NCBI GenBank assembly: GCA_002269645.1
Contig: NIVC01002412.1
Coordinates: forward strand, 62,001-126,000
Source: Macrostomum lignano
Taxonomy: Eukaryota
DNA: 64,000 bases
Reading direction: 5' to 3'
In this document: piece by piece, positions 35,101-47,679 of the stretch
Position numbering within the stretch: the first letter of the stretch is position 1
Layout of the letters: each line of letters starts with the position of its first letter
Notes under the pieces: model-generated
Told to the model about the DNA's origin: nothing
The model's input: the letters and a program-made list of their open reading frames with translations, nothing else
Database searches by the model: none
Translations under genes and position numbers: made by a program

Positions 35101-37408
35101 ATCCACCTCACTACCCCTCACTACACAGCCACCTCACTCCCTGTCTCTCTACACAACTCACTGAACAGCCACCTCACTCCCTACCTCTCTGCACCCCTCA
35201 CTGCACAGCCACCTCACTCCCTGTCCCCCTTCAACTCTCACTGCACAGCCACCTCACTCCCTGTCCCCCTTCAACCCCTCACTGCACAGCCACCTCACTC
35301 CCTGTTCCCCTTCAACTCTCACTGCACAGCCACCTCACTCCCTGTCCCCCTTCAACCCCTCACTGCACAGCCACCTCACTCCCTGTCCCCCTTCAACCCC
35401 TCACTGCACAGCCACCTCACTCCGTCTCTCTGCACCCCTCACTGCACAGCCATCTCACTCCCTATCCCCCTTCAACCCCTCACTGCACAGCCACACCTCA
35501 CTCCGTCTCTCTGCACCCCTCACTGCACACCCACCTCACTCCCTGTCCCCCTTCAACCCCTCACTGCACAGCCACACCTCACTCCCTGTCCCCCTTCAAC
35601 CCCTCACTGCACAGCCACCTCACTCCGTCTCTCTGCACCCCTCACTGCACAGCCACCTCACTCCCTGTCCCCCTTCAACCCCTCACTGCACAGCCACCTC
35701 ACTCCCTGTCCCCCTTCAACCCCTCACTGCACAGCCACCTCACTCCCTGTCCCCCTTCAACCCCTCACTGTACAGCCATCTTACGCAAGTATCAATATCT
35801 ATGGTAATACAGTCATTATTAAAAGCTGGACAAGCGACCCAATACATTCTCTATCCCGAACAATCTTCCGCGCAGTCCGAGCAGCCGCACCCGGCGATGT
35901 ACGACGTCGACCGGGCCTTCCACAAGCTGCACGATCGTCAGCAAGGCTACGGGCCGCGCAACGAAGCGGCCAAGAAGCGGCAGAGTTTCTACACCTCTAG
36001 CGACAGATTCGCTGGCAAAACGACTGGCGGCTTCGGCGGAGACCCCGACATGCCGGGTGGGTTGCTACGCTAATTTCAAAAACTGCCGGAGAGGGAGCAG
36101 TTGAGAGCAGTTTGGAGCAGTGAGGTGTCAATCAGTGGGAGCGAGAGTCGCTTGGGTGTTTGCTTTGCTGATCAGTAATGAGTATGCATTGAGAACTGCA
36201 TATGATTGACACTTGATGATTGCTTTATAGGCAATGTGGCATAACATTTGATTTGAACATGTGTTTTTTTGATCCCTCGATTTGATTGACAGATCGCATA
36301 AAAAATTTATGTTCCAACCCGAAGTGACGATGCATGGAAATAGATTTTCGATAATTATTGGCCTACTGTGAGCAAACAAATGCAAGCTCGAATTTTAGCT
36401 CGATAAAAATCCTAACTAAAGGAATAGTTGTCACTGAGTTATGATAATAAAGGCAAAACTAAACCGGAAGTGAATATAGTGAAGTCAAAACTAAACCGTA
36501 AATAAAGAGAGTGACGTCAAAACTAAACCGGAAGTGAAGATAGTGACGTCAAAACTAAACCGGAAGTGAAGATAGTGACGTCAAAACTAAACCGGAAGTG
36601 AAGATAGTGACGTCAAAACTAAACCGGAAGTGAAGATAGAGGAGCCAAAATTAGACCGAAAGTAAAGATATTTATTGCAGAAAAAACTAAACTGGAGCCG
36701 AAGTACCCGATTTGCAACATACCGGAAGTGACAAATTAATCTCCAACCAACCAACCGCCCCCCGCAGGCCCGGCCAGCTACAATGTCGCCGCCGGCATGG
36801 ACAGGCGCGGCGCTGCGCCGGTTAGAGAGGGCCGCTTCCTCGACAAGAAAGACGACGCCCCGGCGCCGAATCACTATCACGTGAGCAATGCGAAATCCTC
36901 CCAAAGATGCTAATTGAAACTGACAGCTAGGAGCGGGGGGGGTCTGACAGCATAAGCAGGGACTTTGCCCTCTCGTGTTTCTAATATTGTGTGTGCGTGT
37001 GCTGGCTGCAATCCTTCCAATATTGAATGAATAGCTTAACTTCTGAAGGGCCCCACAGACGTCTTGATAAAGGTCGTTGGTTCGAGTCCCGTTCGGACCA
37101 GAAATCTTTTATTCATGATTTGCAAATTATGATATCTCTGGAGTCTTTTCACAAAAAATAGCGTGAACTTTCCAAAGAAGCCGAGTTACTTAAGTCAGCA
37201 TTGGTTCAGACTTGAATTAAACCCTATATATAATTGCGCTTTACAATACAATTTACGCAACATATCGGCGAATTAACAGATCTCGCCAGCCGTTGAGAGT
37301 TCGGTACTGAGATCGACTCACAATACGACGCTGGGCAATCCGGTTAAGCTGCTGGCCAAGGACACCGCGCCGCAGACCGCCACAAATTCTTACATAATCC
37401 GGGCTTGA
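28629..37408 (+). CDS. STPG2: Sperm-tail PG-rich repeat (SHIPPO-repeat) protein STPG2-like, 7 exons, 585 aa
   Basis: Exons: 28629-28918, 29442-29735, 30862-31105, 32200-32706, 35876-36056, 36768-36880, 37280-37408 (total 1758 nt, all GT-AG, phases consistent). N-terminus MYDRARR...VGPGAYD...APFNSLSTR. Repeated PGPGxY motifs. C-terminal ISPAVESSVLRSTHNTTLGNP. Confidence 0.92.
28995..29365. repeat. (ATTG)n/(ATTA)n microsatellite
   Basis: STPG2 intron 1. Confidence 0.95.
29810..30790. repeat. 19/20-bp minisatellite (TGGAAACCAATCCTATCAA[C])n
   Basis: STPG2 intron 2. Source of the METNPIN pseudo-ORFs. Confidence 0.97.
31125..32170. repeat. ~20-bp pyrimidine-rich minisatellite (CTCCTCCTGACTCTCGGTCT)n
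   Basis: STPG2 intron 3. Confidence 0.93.
32797..34340. repeat. 31-bp minisatellite (ATGGATTTGAGACAATCAAATCTCACTCCAC)n
   Basis: Period of 31-32. STPG2 intron 4. Confidence 0.97.
35090..35775. repeat. 40-bp minisatellite (CACTGCACAGCCACCTCACTCCCTGTCCCCCTTCAACCCCT-like)
   Basis: Period of 40 at 35281 and 35321. STPG2 intron 4. Confidence 0.93.
36455..36732. repeat. 32-bp tandem repeat (AAAACTAAACCGGAAGTGAAGATAGTGACGTC)n, about 7 copies
   Basis: STPG2 intron 5. The unit carries CCGGAAGTG and TGACGTCA. Confidence 0.9.
37069..37110 (+). pseudogene. tRNA-like 3' half (B-box), tRNA pseudogene or SINE head
   Basis: AAGGTCGTTGGTTCGAGTCCCGTTCGGACCA followed by TTTT. The T-stem has mismatches and no intact cloverleaf was found. 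Confidence 0.45.
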
Positions 37409-38129
37409 TGAATAGTGGAGAATCGAAAGCTGAACATTTTGAATTTTCATGATAAACAAAAATTAACAAATCACAACGCACAACAAAAACTTGAATTAAC
37501 CCATGACATTTTTCTTCAATTAAAAGTCCTTTTATTTTTCTGCGCTTCGCTGGATGTCCGTAATTTAAAAAAGCCGCTACGAGCTAAAAAGGACGAGAAT
37601 ATTTGTAGTAGTCCATGACGTAATTTTGTTCAAATCGTCGCGGAAATAATAGTAACTTGGATTAAATTCACGCCAGATTTTTTTTTAATTCACAGAATTT
37701 TTTCGCCCGCGCACAAAAGGCTTTTTGAACAGAAATTCTGGCGTGTGTTTTTGTTTGAATAACTTGCTGCGTTTTTACAGGCTTTGTTTTCATGACAATA
37801 AATCATTATTACAAGACCCGGCAAAACTGCTGTCTTGCTAGCCGGAAAAGAATATTTGTTAGAGTTTATTTCTGCTTTCAATATTCAACACATTGACTTG
37901 GAGACTTCCTTTTTTTACCTATTACCATTCGCCACCGGAACTGCAAAGTTAAGCAAAGTTGGCCACGGTTAGTTACGCAGTTAGTGCCTGACTTACTCGT
38001 ATTGTTTTGAGTCAGTCGTCAAGACAGTCACATTGAGATTGAGTGCAAATTGAGCTCACCCTTGCACTTTTGACTCCTGCTGTACATGTGAGCATGTGTG
38101 TATATATGTGTAAAATATGTGCACACCTG

Positions 38130-38735
38130 CAGGGGCGTCGCCACCGGGGGGACAGGGGGGACATGTCCCCCCCAGTAAAAACTATGGGGAGGACATTCCA
38201 ATGCTTTGTCCCCCCACCAACCTTGTGACCCGTTATGAAAGTCAATAATTTTGCTTCAGGGAGACAAAATATAGCGCCTGCGGTGCCAAATATAGCGCCT
38301 GCGGTGCCAAAATGAGTGCCTGCGGTGCCAAAATGAGTGCCTGCTGTGCCAAAATGAGTGCCTGCGGTGCCAAAATGAGTGCCTGCGGTGCCAAAATGAG
38401 TGCCTGCGGTGCCAAAATGAGTGCCTGCGGCGCCAAAATGAGTGCCTGCGGTGCCAAAATGACTGCCTGCGGCGCCAAAATGAGTGTCTGAGGCGCCAAA
38501 ATGAGTGCCTGAGGCGCCAAAATGAGTGCCTGCGGTGCCAAAATGAGTGCCTGAGGCGCTAAAATGAGTGCCTGAGGCGCCAAAATGAGTGCCTGCGGTG
38601 CCAAAATGAGTGCCTGCGGTGCCAAAATGAGTGCCTGCGGCGCCAAAATAAGTGCCTGCGGTGCCAAAATGACTGCCTGCGGTGCCAAAATGAGTGCCTG
38701 CGGTGACGAAAGGATTACCTGCGGGTGACACCTGT
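38130..38735 (+). mobile_element. MITE (hAT-like CAGGGGCG terminus) with internal 21-bp tandem array, copy 1
   Basis: Starts CAGGGGCGTCGCCACCGGGGGGACAGGGGGGACATG. Internal (GCCTGCGGTGCCAAAATGAGT)n. Collinear with the copy at 47680. Confidence 0.75.
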
Positions 38736-39533
38736 ACAAGCACACCTGACGCTCAAGCTGTACAAGATAATCTATTATGTTTACAAGATTATTGGCTCAT
38801 CCGTACAAGATGATCTATTCATCTGTACAAGATGCTATATTATCTGTACAAGCTTATTGATGTTTCTTTTCAGTTTGAATCAACTGCAAAGAGAGACTTC
38901 GACAAAGGCAAAAAATTTGAATTAACTCTACAAGAAGTCTTGCCTTCACCACGGGCTAAAAATGACGTCTTCATGTACTGCACTAAGCCTATGAGAATGC
39001 GCAGAAAAGCTACTTTATTGATTTCCAATTCACTTGGTGCATAATGATGACCATGATGGTTATGATTATTATTTGAAATTATTTCGAGTGGACTCCAGCA
39101 CAAAAAAAGTCAGAATTAAGATGGGAAACTTCATCTGAGCTGCAGTTTTGCTGGGGAGGGCGGCCACTTGACTTGAGGACGCGGGGAGCTTAACCCAGTC
39201 TGACTTCTCTAGACAGCCTCTCCCGAATCTGTTTGCGGCCCGAACATGAAGCTCGTTAAAGACTGTTTTTTCCCCTGCTCACAAGGAGGAAAAGGGAGGA
39301 AAGAGTGGGGAAAATGAGGGCGCGCAGGGGGGAACCCGGGACCGTCATTAACTACCGCCCTGTCCTCTCCTTTTCTTCTCTTCAAGTCTCTTTCTATTCA
39401 ATTTCTTGTGTCTCCAGTCTGCACCGTGTTCTGCAGCATGTTGCTCAACATAGGGAAGGCTTGGGGCTTCTCTGGGCACTGCTAGTAATGATGATGACAG
39501 CTGGACTGACGGCATTGATGACGGCTGTGAAAT

Positions 39534-39918
<385 letters not shown>

Positions 39919-40249
39919 TTGCAGTACAGCCCATACTAGTGCATCGGATATCGTTGAATCGCACAGACCCCTTGTATCTGTTTTTATGGCGTCAACTGAG
40001 CTGTACAACAGATATTTTTTACGCTTGTAACGTGTTTTTGTAGCTTAGAAAAAGTATAACTGACCTCCATGCAAATCCACTACGACAAAAATCGACCCTA
40101 GTCATATAAAGGGGCTTAGAAGGATTCGAGAAAGAACCGGTAAGTAATACTGGGATGAGGGAATAAGAGATATCGAATGACAAGAAAAAAAACTAAGATA
40201 TGGAGGAGTTAGCGAGGGAGATAAAGGGAAATAGAGAGGGATATGAGGA

Positions 40250-41565
40250 GACTTAGAAAGCGAGAGAGAGAGATAGGGAGGGAGATAAGGAGACAGAAAG
40301 CGAGAGGGAGATAAGGAGACAGAAAGCGAGAGGGAGATAAGGAGACAGAAAGCGAGAGGGAGATAGGAGGGAGATAGGGAGACAGAAAGCGAGAGGGAGA
40401 TAAGGAGACAGAAAGCGAGAGGGAGATAGGAGGGAGATAAGGAGACAGAAAGCGAGAGGGAGATAAGGAGACAGAAAGCGAGAGGGAGATAGGAGGGAGA
40501 TAGGGAGACAGAAAGCGAGAGGGAGATAAGGAGACAGAAAGCGAGAGGGAGATAAGGAGACAGAAAGCGAGAGGGAGATAGGAGGGAGATAGGGAGACAG
40601 AAAGCGAGAGGGAGATAAGGAGACAGAAAGCGAGAGGGAGATAGGAGGGAGATAAGGAGACAGAAAGCGAGAGGGAGATAAGGAGACAGAAAGCGAGAGG
40701 GAGATAGGAGGGAGATAGGGAGACAGAAAGCGAGAGGGAGATAGGAGGGAGATAAGGAGACAGAAAGCGAGTGAGAGATAGGAGGGAGATAGGAGGGAGA
40801 TAAGGAGACAGAAAGCGAGAGGGAGATAGGAGGGAGATAAGGAGACAGAAAGCGAGAGGGAGATAGGAGGGAGATAGGGAGACAGAAAGCGAGAGGGAGA
40901 TAAGGAGACAGAAAGCGAGAGGGAGATAGGGAGGGAGATAGGGAGACAGAAAGCGAGAGGGAGATAGGAGGGAGATAAGGAGACAGAAAGCGAGAGGGAG
41001 ATAGGGAGGGAGATAAGGAGACAGAAAGCGAGAGGGAGATAGGAGGGAGATAAGGAGACAGAAAGCGAGAGGGAGATAGGGAGGGAGATAAGGAGACAGA
41101 AAGCGAGAGGGAGATAGGGAGGGAGATAGGGAGACAGAAAGCGAGAGGGAGATAGGAGGGAGATAAGGAGACAGAAAGCGAGAGGGAGATAGGAGGGAGA
41201 TAGGGAGACAGAAAGCGAGAGGGAGATAAGGAGACAGAAAGCGAGAGGGAGATAGGAGGGAGATAAGGAGACAGAAAGCGAGAGGGAGATGGGGAGGGAG
41301 ATAAGGAGACAGAAAGCGAGAGGGAGATGGGGAGGGAGATAGGGAGACAGAAAGCGAGAGGGAGATAGGAGGGAGATAAGGAGACAGAAAGCGAGAGGGA
41401 GATAGAGAGACAGAGACAGAAAGCGAGAGGGAGATAGAGAGACAGAGACAGAAAGCGAGAGGGAGATAGGAGGGAGATAAGGAGACAGAAAGCGAGAGGG
41501 AGATAGGAGGGAGATAAGGAGACAGAAAGCGAGAGGGAGATAGAGAGACAGAGACGGAAAGCGAG
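40250..41565. repeat. Purine-rich 26/37-bp minisatellite (GAGACAGAAAGCGAGAGGGAGATA[GGAGGGAGATA]AG)n
   Basis: Direct reading. Confidence 0.95.
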
Positions 41566-42229
41566 TGGGAGATGGAGAGTTTAGCCCCAAATTTTCAGAA
41601 CATCGATCAAAGAAGTTGAAGCTCAACACGCCACTCCAGTTGCAGTTAAAGTTTTATGAGAAAACGACAATGAAAATAAAAAGTTTTTACAGGTCCGCAA
41701 AGCTTGGCAGGAAGTCGGTGATGCACCCCACCACCATCCACCAATTTTGCTGGCAGCAATAGGCCGGTGGAAGCTGCTGCTAATTTGTGTGTGTCTGCAG
41801 AGAAATTGTAAAAACAATTTTTATGCGTCACTCGCAGTGGCTGGAATGAAACAGCTATGGGGTGCCTGTTGCCGTAGGAAGGCCTCGCTTCCTCTGCCTC
41901 TTGACGCATTTTCGCCGATCTGAGGATCAGATAACCCAGCACGGAGTCCGCCTAAAGCTGCTTAGTTATCCCCGCCGCTGGCCATGCGTTGATCCCCAAC
42001 AAGGTGATCCGCTGATTCCTCGGTGTCTGGGTGAAGATTAGCCGAAAGTTACGCCCGCCTCTTACTGCCGGTTTCATAACTTGAAGAGGGACAAGAAGCT
42101 TGAAGAAAATGTTTTCCTTTTGCTTGCTTGCTGCATCCAGATGTGACGGAGAGCGAGGTTGGAATGGCGATTTTTTGAATGGAGTAAGTTGTGAGAAATG
42201 GGTTGAGAGAAATATGAGGGAGATTTGAG

Positions 42230-42505
42230 GGAGATTGGGAGAAAGTAATGGGGAAGTTTGAGGGAGATTGGGAGAAGAGAGATTAGGGGAGTTTGAGGGA
42301 GATTGGGAGAAGAGAGATTAGGGGAGTTTGAGGGAGATTGGGAGAAAAGAGATTAGGGGAGTTTGAGGGAGATTGGGAGAAGAGAAATTGGGGGAGTTTG
42401 AGGGAGATTGGGAGAAGAGAAATTGGGGGAGTTTGAGGGAGATCGGGAGAAGAGAGATTAGGGGGGGTTTGAGGGAGATTGAGAGAGGAGAAATTGGGGG
42501 AAATT
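42230..42505. repeat. 35-bp purine-rich minisatellite
   Basis: GGGGAGTTTGAGGGAGATTGGGAGAAGAGAGATTA units. Confidence 0.9.
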
Positions 42506-43139
42506 GAAGTGAGAAGACCCCGAGTTGTTGTGCTATTTATGAATTAGCAAGCAGCTGATGAGGCAGCAATCAGTATGCCGCTGGTGCCGTAACTACTCTC
42601 GGCAGCATCTGCACTCTCGCACTGTAAGCTGCTGCAGACGTCAGCCAATAAGAGGCGAGCTGGCATCTGATTGGCCGATGAAACGAAAGCCCTCTTCCCC
42701 AGGTTAATCAAGGAGAAAAACTAAGCGATCCAAGGATGATAAATATGTCAATTTGCTTGTTGCTTTGCCCAAAAAGGCAAGAAACTAGCAAAATTTACCG
42801 CTCGCTTTTGTTTGCTTCTTCTTCTGCAAAGATAAGAAATTCTGGCCAGGTGAAAAGAATGATCATATTTTTGAATAGAATTTTTTCATTTCAGTAACGA
42901 CTCGTCCCAATGAAGATTGCGCAGCTCGTGAGCTTCTGCATCATATCAGCCGCTGGAGCGGGTTCCGCTTTGGCTGTGGGATTCGGGTTCCAGGCTGGAG
43001 GCGGCGGCTTCCACATCGGTGAGGTGGCATTCTGGCTGCTCAACTTGAACTCCACGACCATAGATTTTGTTTTGATCTATCCCGCTCTCATCTCTGTAGC
43101 TGTCACCTAATTTAATTCTCAAAATCTCTTTGCCTCAAC

Positions 43140-44070
43140 CTCTCTCCCTCTCACCATCTACCCTCTATCTTTCTCTCTGTCTAACTCCCCTCTCTCCCTC
43201 TCCCCCTCTCTCCCTCTCCCCCTCTCTCCCTCTCCCCTCTCTCCCTCTCCCCCTCTCTCCCTCTCCCCCTCTCTCCCTCTCCCCCTCTCTCCCTCTCCCC
43301 TCTCTCCCTCTCCCCCTCTCTCCCTCTCCCCTCTCTCCCTCTCCCCCTCTCTCCCTCTCCCCCTCTCTCCCTCTCCCCCTCTCTCCCTCTCCCCCTCTCT
43401 CCCTCTCCCCCTCTCTCCCTCTCTCTCCCTCTCACCATCTACCCTCTATCTTTCTCTCTGTCTAACTCCCCTCTCTCCCTCTCCCCCTCTCTCCCTCTCC
43501 CCCTCTCTCCCTCTCTCTCCCTCTCACCATCTACCCTCTATCTTTCTCTCTGTCTAACTCCCCTCTCTCCCTCTCCCCCTCTCTCCCTCTTCCCCTCTCT
43601 CCCTCTTCCCTCTCTCTCTCTCTTCCCCCTCTCTCCCTCCCCTCTCTCCCTCTCCCCCTCTCTCCCTCTCCCCTCTCTCCCTCTCCCCCTCTCTCCCTCT
43701 CCCCCCTCTCTCCCTCCCCCCTCCCTCCCTGCCCCCCTCTCCCCCCTCTCTCTCCCTCTCACCATCTACCCTCTATCTTTCTCTCTGTCTAACTCCCCTC
43801 TCTCCCTCTCCCCTCTCTCCCTCTTCCCCTCTCTCCCTCTTCCCTCTCTCTCTCTCTTCCCCTCTCTCCCTCCCCTCTCTCCCTCTCCCCCTCTCTCCCT
43901 CTCCCCCTCTCTCCCTCTCCCCCTCTCTCCCTCTCCCCCCTCTCTCCCTCCCCCCTCCCTCCCTGCCCCCTCTCCCCTCTCTCTCCCTCTCTCTTTATCT
44001 CATTGTCTCCCTCTACCCCCATTCACCCTCTCTTCCTCTCACCCCTATCTCCCTTTCCCCCTTCAATCTC
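43140..44070. repeat. CT-rich low-complexity array (CTCTCTCCCTCTCCCC)n with repeated larger blocks
   Basis: Direct reading. The block CTCACCATCTACCCTCTATCTTTCTCTCTGTCTAACT recurs about 4 times. Confidence 0.92.
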
Positions 44071-44589
44071 TCTCTGTATGTTTTGCTTCCAATCCTTTTC
44101 TAATTATGTTATAATGTTAAAGTTTACCACAACATTTGAAAAACACTTGACCTGAGAAGATGCTAGAGTCGCTGTATTCCCACCAGCCTAATCCCTTGAG
44201 CTTGTACAGAGCAGTTAATCCAGCTTCACGAACCATTGGCTACAGGGAAATAAGACCCCATCGTGGCAACAAAAATCTATCCCTACTCTATAGGGAATAC
44301 TGTCAACAGAAAAAATTAATTCAGATAGGTTGTCATTTATGAAACAGATGAACACAATATTCAAAGGGTGGTTATCCCCTTGAGAGAGTTTATTCAGCCC
44401 TAATTCAAGGCTTGCAGCTCATTCGAAATCGCCTCATCCCTCAACATGGGTTCAGACAGTTCCGTGATGAGAAATTTAATAAACTGCAAATTTATCGCCT
44501 GCATTTCTGACTCAGAGACAAGTTTTTCCTGCAATTTTTGCTCCAAATTTTGCATATTAATCTCACAGATACCGATTTGGGTACCAGCT

Positions 44590-45760
44590 GTCTGTCTCAT
44601 AGTGTCTGTCTCATAGTGTCCGTCTCATAGTGTCTGTCTGATAGTGTCTGTCTCATAGTGTCTGTCTGATAGTGTCTGTCTCATAGTGTCTGTCTCATAG
44701 TGTCTGTCTGATAGTGTCTGTCTCATAGTGTCTGTCTCATAGTGTCTGTCTCATAGTGTCTGTCTCATAGTGTCTGTCTCATAGTGTCTGTCTCATAGTC
44801 TGTCTCATAGTGTCTGTATCATAGTGTCTGTCTGATAGTGTCTGTCTCATAGTGTCTGTCTAATAGTGTCTGTCTGATAGTGTCTGTCTCATAGTGTCTG
44901 TCTCATAGTGTCTGTCTCATAGTGTCTGTCTCATAGTGTCTGTCTCATAGTGTCTGCATCATAGTGTCTGTCTGATAGTGTCTGTCTCATAGTGTCTGTC
45001 TCATAGTCTGTCTCATAGTGTCTGTATCATAGTGTCTGTCTGATAGTGTCTGTCTCATAGTGTCTGTCTAATAGTGTCTGTCTGATAGTGTCTGTCTCAT
45101 AGTGTCTGTCTCATAGTGTCTGTCTCATAGTGTCTGTCTCATAGTGTCTGCATCATAGTGTCTGTCTGATAGTGTCTGTCTCATAGTGTCTGTCTCATAG
45201 TGTCTGTCTCATAGTGTCTGTCTCATAGTGTCTGTCTCATAGTGTCTATCTCATCTATCTCATAGTGTCTGTCTCATGGTGTCTATCTCATCTATCTTAT
45301 ATTGTCTATCTCATCTATCTCATAGTGTCTGTCTCATGGTGTCTGTCTCATGGTGTCTGTCTCATGGTGTCTGTTTCATGGTGTCTGTCTCATAGTGTCT
45401 ATCTATCTCATAGCTGCCTCATAGTGTCTATCTCATCTATCTTATATTGTCAATCTCATCTATCTCATAGTGTCTGTCTCATAGTGTCTATCCCATAGCT
45501 GTCTCATAGTGTCTCTCTCATAGTGTCTGTCTCATAGTGTCTATCCCATAGCTGTCTCATAGTGGCTATCTCATAGCTGTCTCATAGTGTCTCTCTCATA
45601 GTGTCTGTCTCATTGTGTCTATCTCATAGTGTCTATATCACAGTGTCTATCTCATAGAGTCTATCTCGCTATCTCTATCTCATATTGTCTGTCTTATAGT
45701 GTCACTATGAGATAGAGATAGTATATCTCATAATGTCAGTCTCATAGTGTCTATATCACT
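44590..45760. repeat. 14-bp minisatellite (TGTCTGTCTCATAG)n
   Basis: Direct reading. Degenerates toward the 3' end. Confidence 0.95.
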
Positions 45761-46389
45761 ATCTCAATCTCACTGTCTGCCTCTCACTGTCTGCATCTCT
45801 ACTTTATTTCATTGCTTCTCCTCGACCGTCTCCATGTCTGCATTATGACCAGATCATTGGCGTGACTTTCTTCACACAGAAATATAGTTAATAAAATTAA
45901 AAGCACAGGTGGAATACACATATTTAATAAATAGTTCCCATCATAAAAATGAATTCTGCAACTCCCAAGCGTATAGTCTACCCCGGGCCATCAGCCAGCC
46001 ACTCCCTTCGGGGGCGTCTCACATTAATTGAATGCTCTGCCGCCGATCAATCAATGAGATCATTTATCCCCACTGTGGGGGAAGATTAGTAACTGGGTAA
46101 AATAGAAAGGTTAGCTCCTGTGCCCAGACCTTAATGGCTTTTTCTTCATATAAAACTGCAGCTCAGTAGCTTGCGTGCCTTCAGGGGTGGCAAAGTAAGC
46201 CAAATGAGGCCATCTCAGATGGAAATTGGGGGAGCGGGGTCTGGGCACAATTGTTAATCCCCATCGGCAAGGTGATTTTGTTCTTTTTGTGCTGCTTTGT
46301 CTTCTTGGTAATAGCTCTTTACTGCTTTGGGCAGCACTGCTGAATGCATGCCAACTAAACCTGCTAGCTCTGTGACTGCCTGCACATCT

Positions 46390-46960
46390 CCTCTCCCCTT
46401 CTCCCTCTCCCCTTCTCCCTCTCCCCTTCTCCCTCTCCCCTTCTCCCTCTCCCCTTCTCCCTCTCCCCTTCTCCCCTTCTCCCTTTCCCCTTCTCACTCT
46501 CCCCTTCTCACTCTCCCCTTCTCCCTCTCCCCTTCTCCCCTTCTTCCTCTCCCCTTCTCCCCTTCTCCCTCTCCTCTCTCTCTTCCCTTCTCCCTCTCCT
46601 CTCTCTCCCCTTCTCCCTCTCCCCTTCTCCCTCTCCCCTATTCCCTCTCCCCTTCTCTCTCTCCCCTTCTCCCTCTCCCCTTCTCCCTCTCCCCTTCTCC
46701 CTCTCCCCTTCTCCCTCTCCCCTTCTCCCTCTCCCCTTCTCCCTCTCCCCTTCTCCCTCTCCCCTTCTCTCTCTCCCCTTCTCCCTCTCCCCTTCTCCCT
46801 CTCCCCTTTTCTCTCTCCCCTTCTCCCTCTCCCCTATTCCCTCTCCCCTTCTCTCTCTCCCCTTCTCTCTCTCCCCTTCTCCCTCTCCCCTTCTCCCTCT
46901 CCCCTTCTCCCTCTCCCCTTCTCCCTCTCCCCTTCTCCCTCTCCCCTTCTCCCTTACCCC
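46390..46960. repeat. 14-bp pyrimidine repeat (CTCCCTCTCCCCTT)n
   Basis: Direct reading. Confidence 0.93.
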
Positions 46961-47679
46961 ATCGCACTCTTCCCTTTTTCTTTTTTCTCATCTCCTCTCC
47001 GCTCTCCCCTCAGTCTTGTAAGGGATTTCCACAACAGGTCAGGCCAACTCATACTCGAATCAGCCAAAATTCCCATAGATTGATGGGATCAAATTCCCAA
47101 TTCAGCCCACCCGAGTAATCTCATAATACCTGATGCTGAAGGTTCTCGATGCGGGTCGCCGCCCCCCAAGCGCAGTCTGCGCGAACATGACAAGCAGACA
47201 TGCAGAGCTCATAACGACCTGAAAAGAGAGTCAGGATTTTCCTATGGTCTGTTTGGTCTCAAATTTCTGCTTAAGAGCTCTAACCAGACGCAGCTGATTA
47301 CGCAATAGCTTTGCACGATTATAAAAATTGGCTTTTGGAAAGGCCGTTCAAACAGTAACGTGTCGCTAATGGAGCTTTGAGATTGACTGCCAGCTCAGAA
47401 TCCTGTTGTCACCCAGGCAGGCATCGGCTGTCGTCAACTCGCTATGCTCAAGGTGTTAACAGTCGGGTGTGAGGGGGGGCAAGGGCGCGGTCTCAAATAA
47501 AAGCAAAGTTTTGCCTCTGCCAGCGCACGCTTGTGCCAATGCGGGGCTTGCGACAGCATCTCCTCTCTTTGAATAATATTGATAAAAATATCTGCAGAAC
47601 TTTGTGCAGATTGTGCAGTAGCCTGGAGAGCTTTGTTTGGGACATCCGTAATGTTAGGTGAACTCTTATTCTAGGAAAT

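Noticed and set aside
38870-39050. Short ORFs FESTAKRDFDKG... (+) and LRILIGLVQYMK... (-)
   Set aside because: No recognisable family and no consistent splice partners. Probably TE debris.
41560-42150. ORF 41646-41942 (-) as a LINE ORF1 zinc-knuckle remnant
   Set aside because: Only vague resemblance. The required Cys/His spacing is not preserved.
44400-44600. Coiled-coil-like ORF on the minus strand
   Set aside because: Begins in the 14-bp repeat via an alternative start codon, with no splice or homology support.
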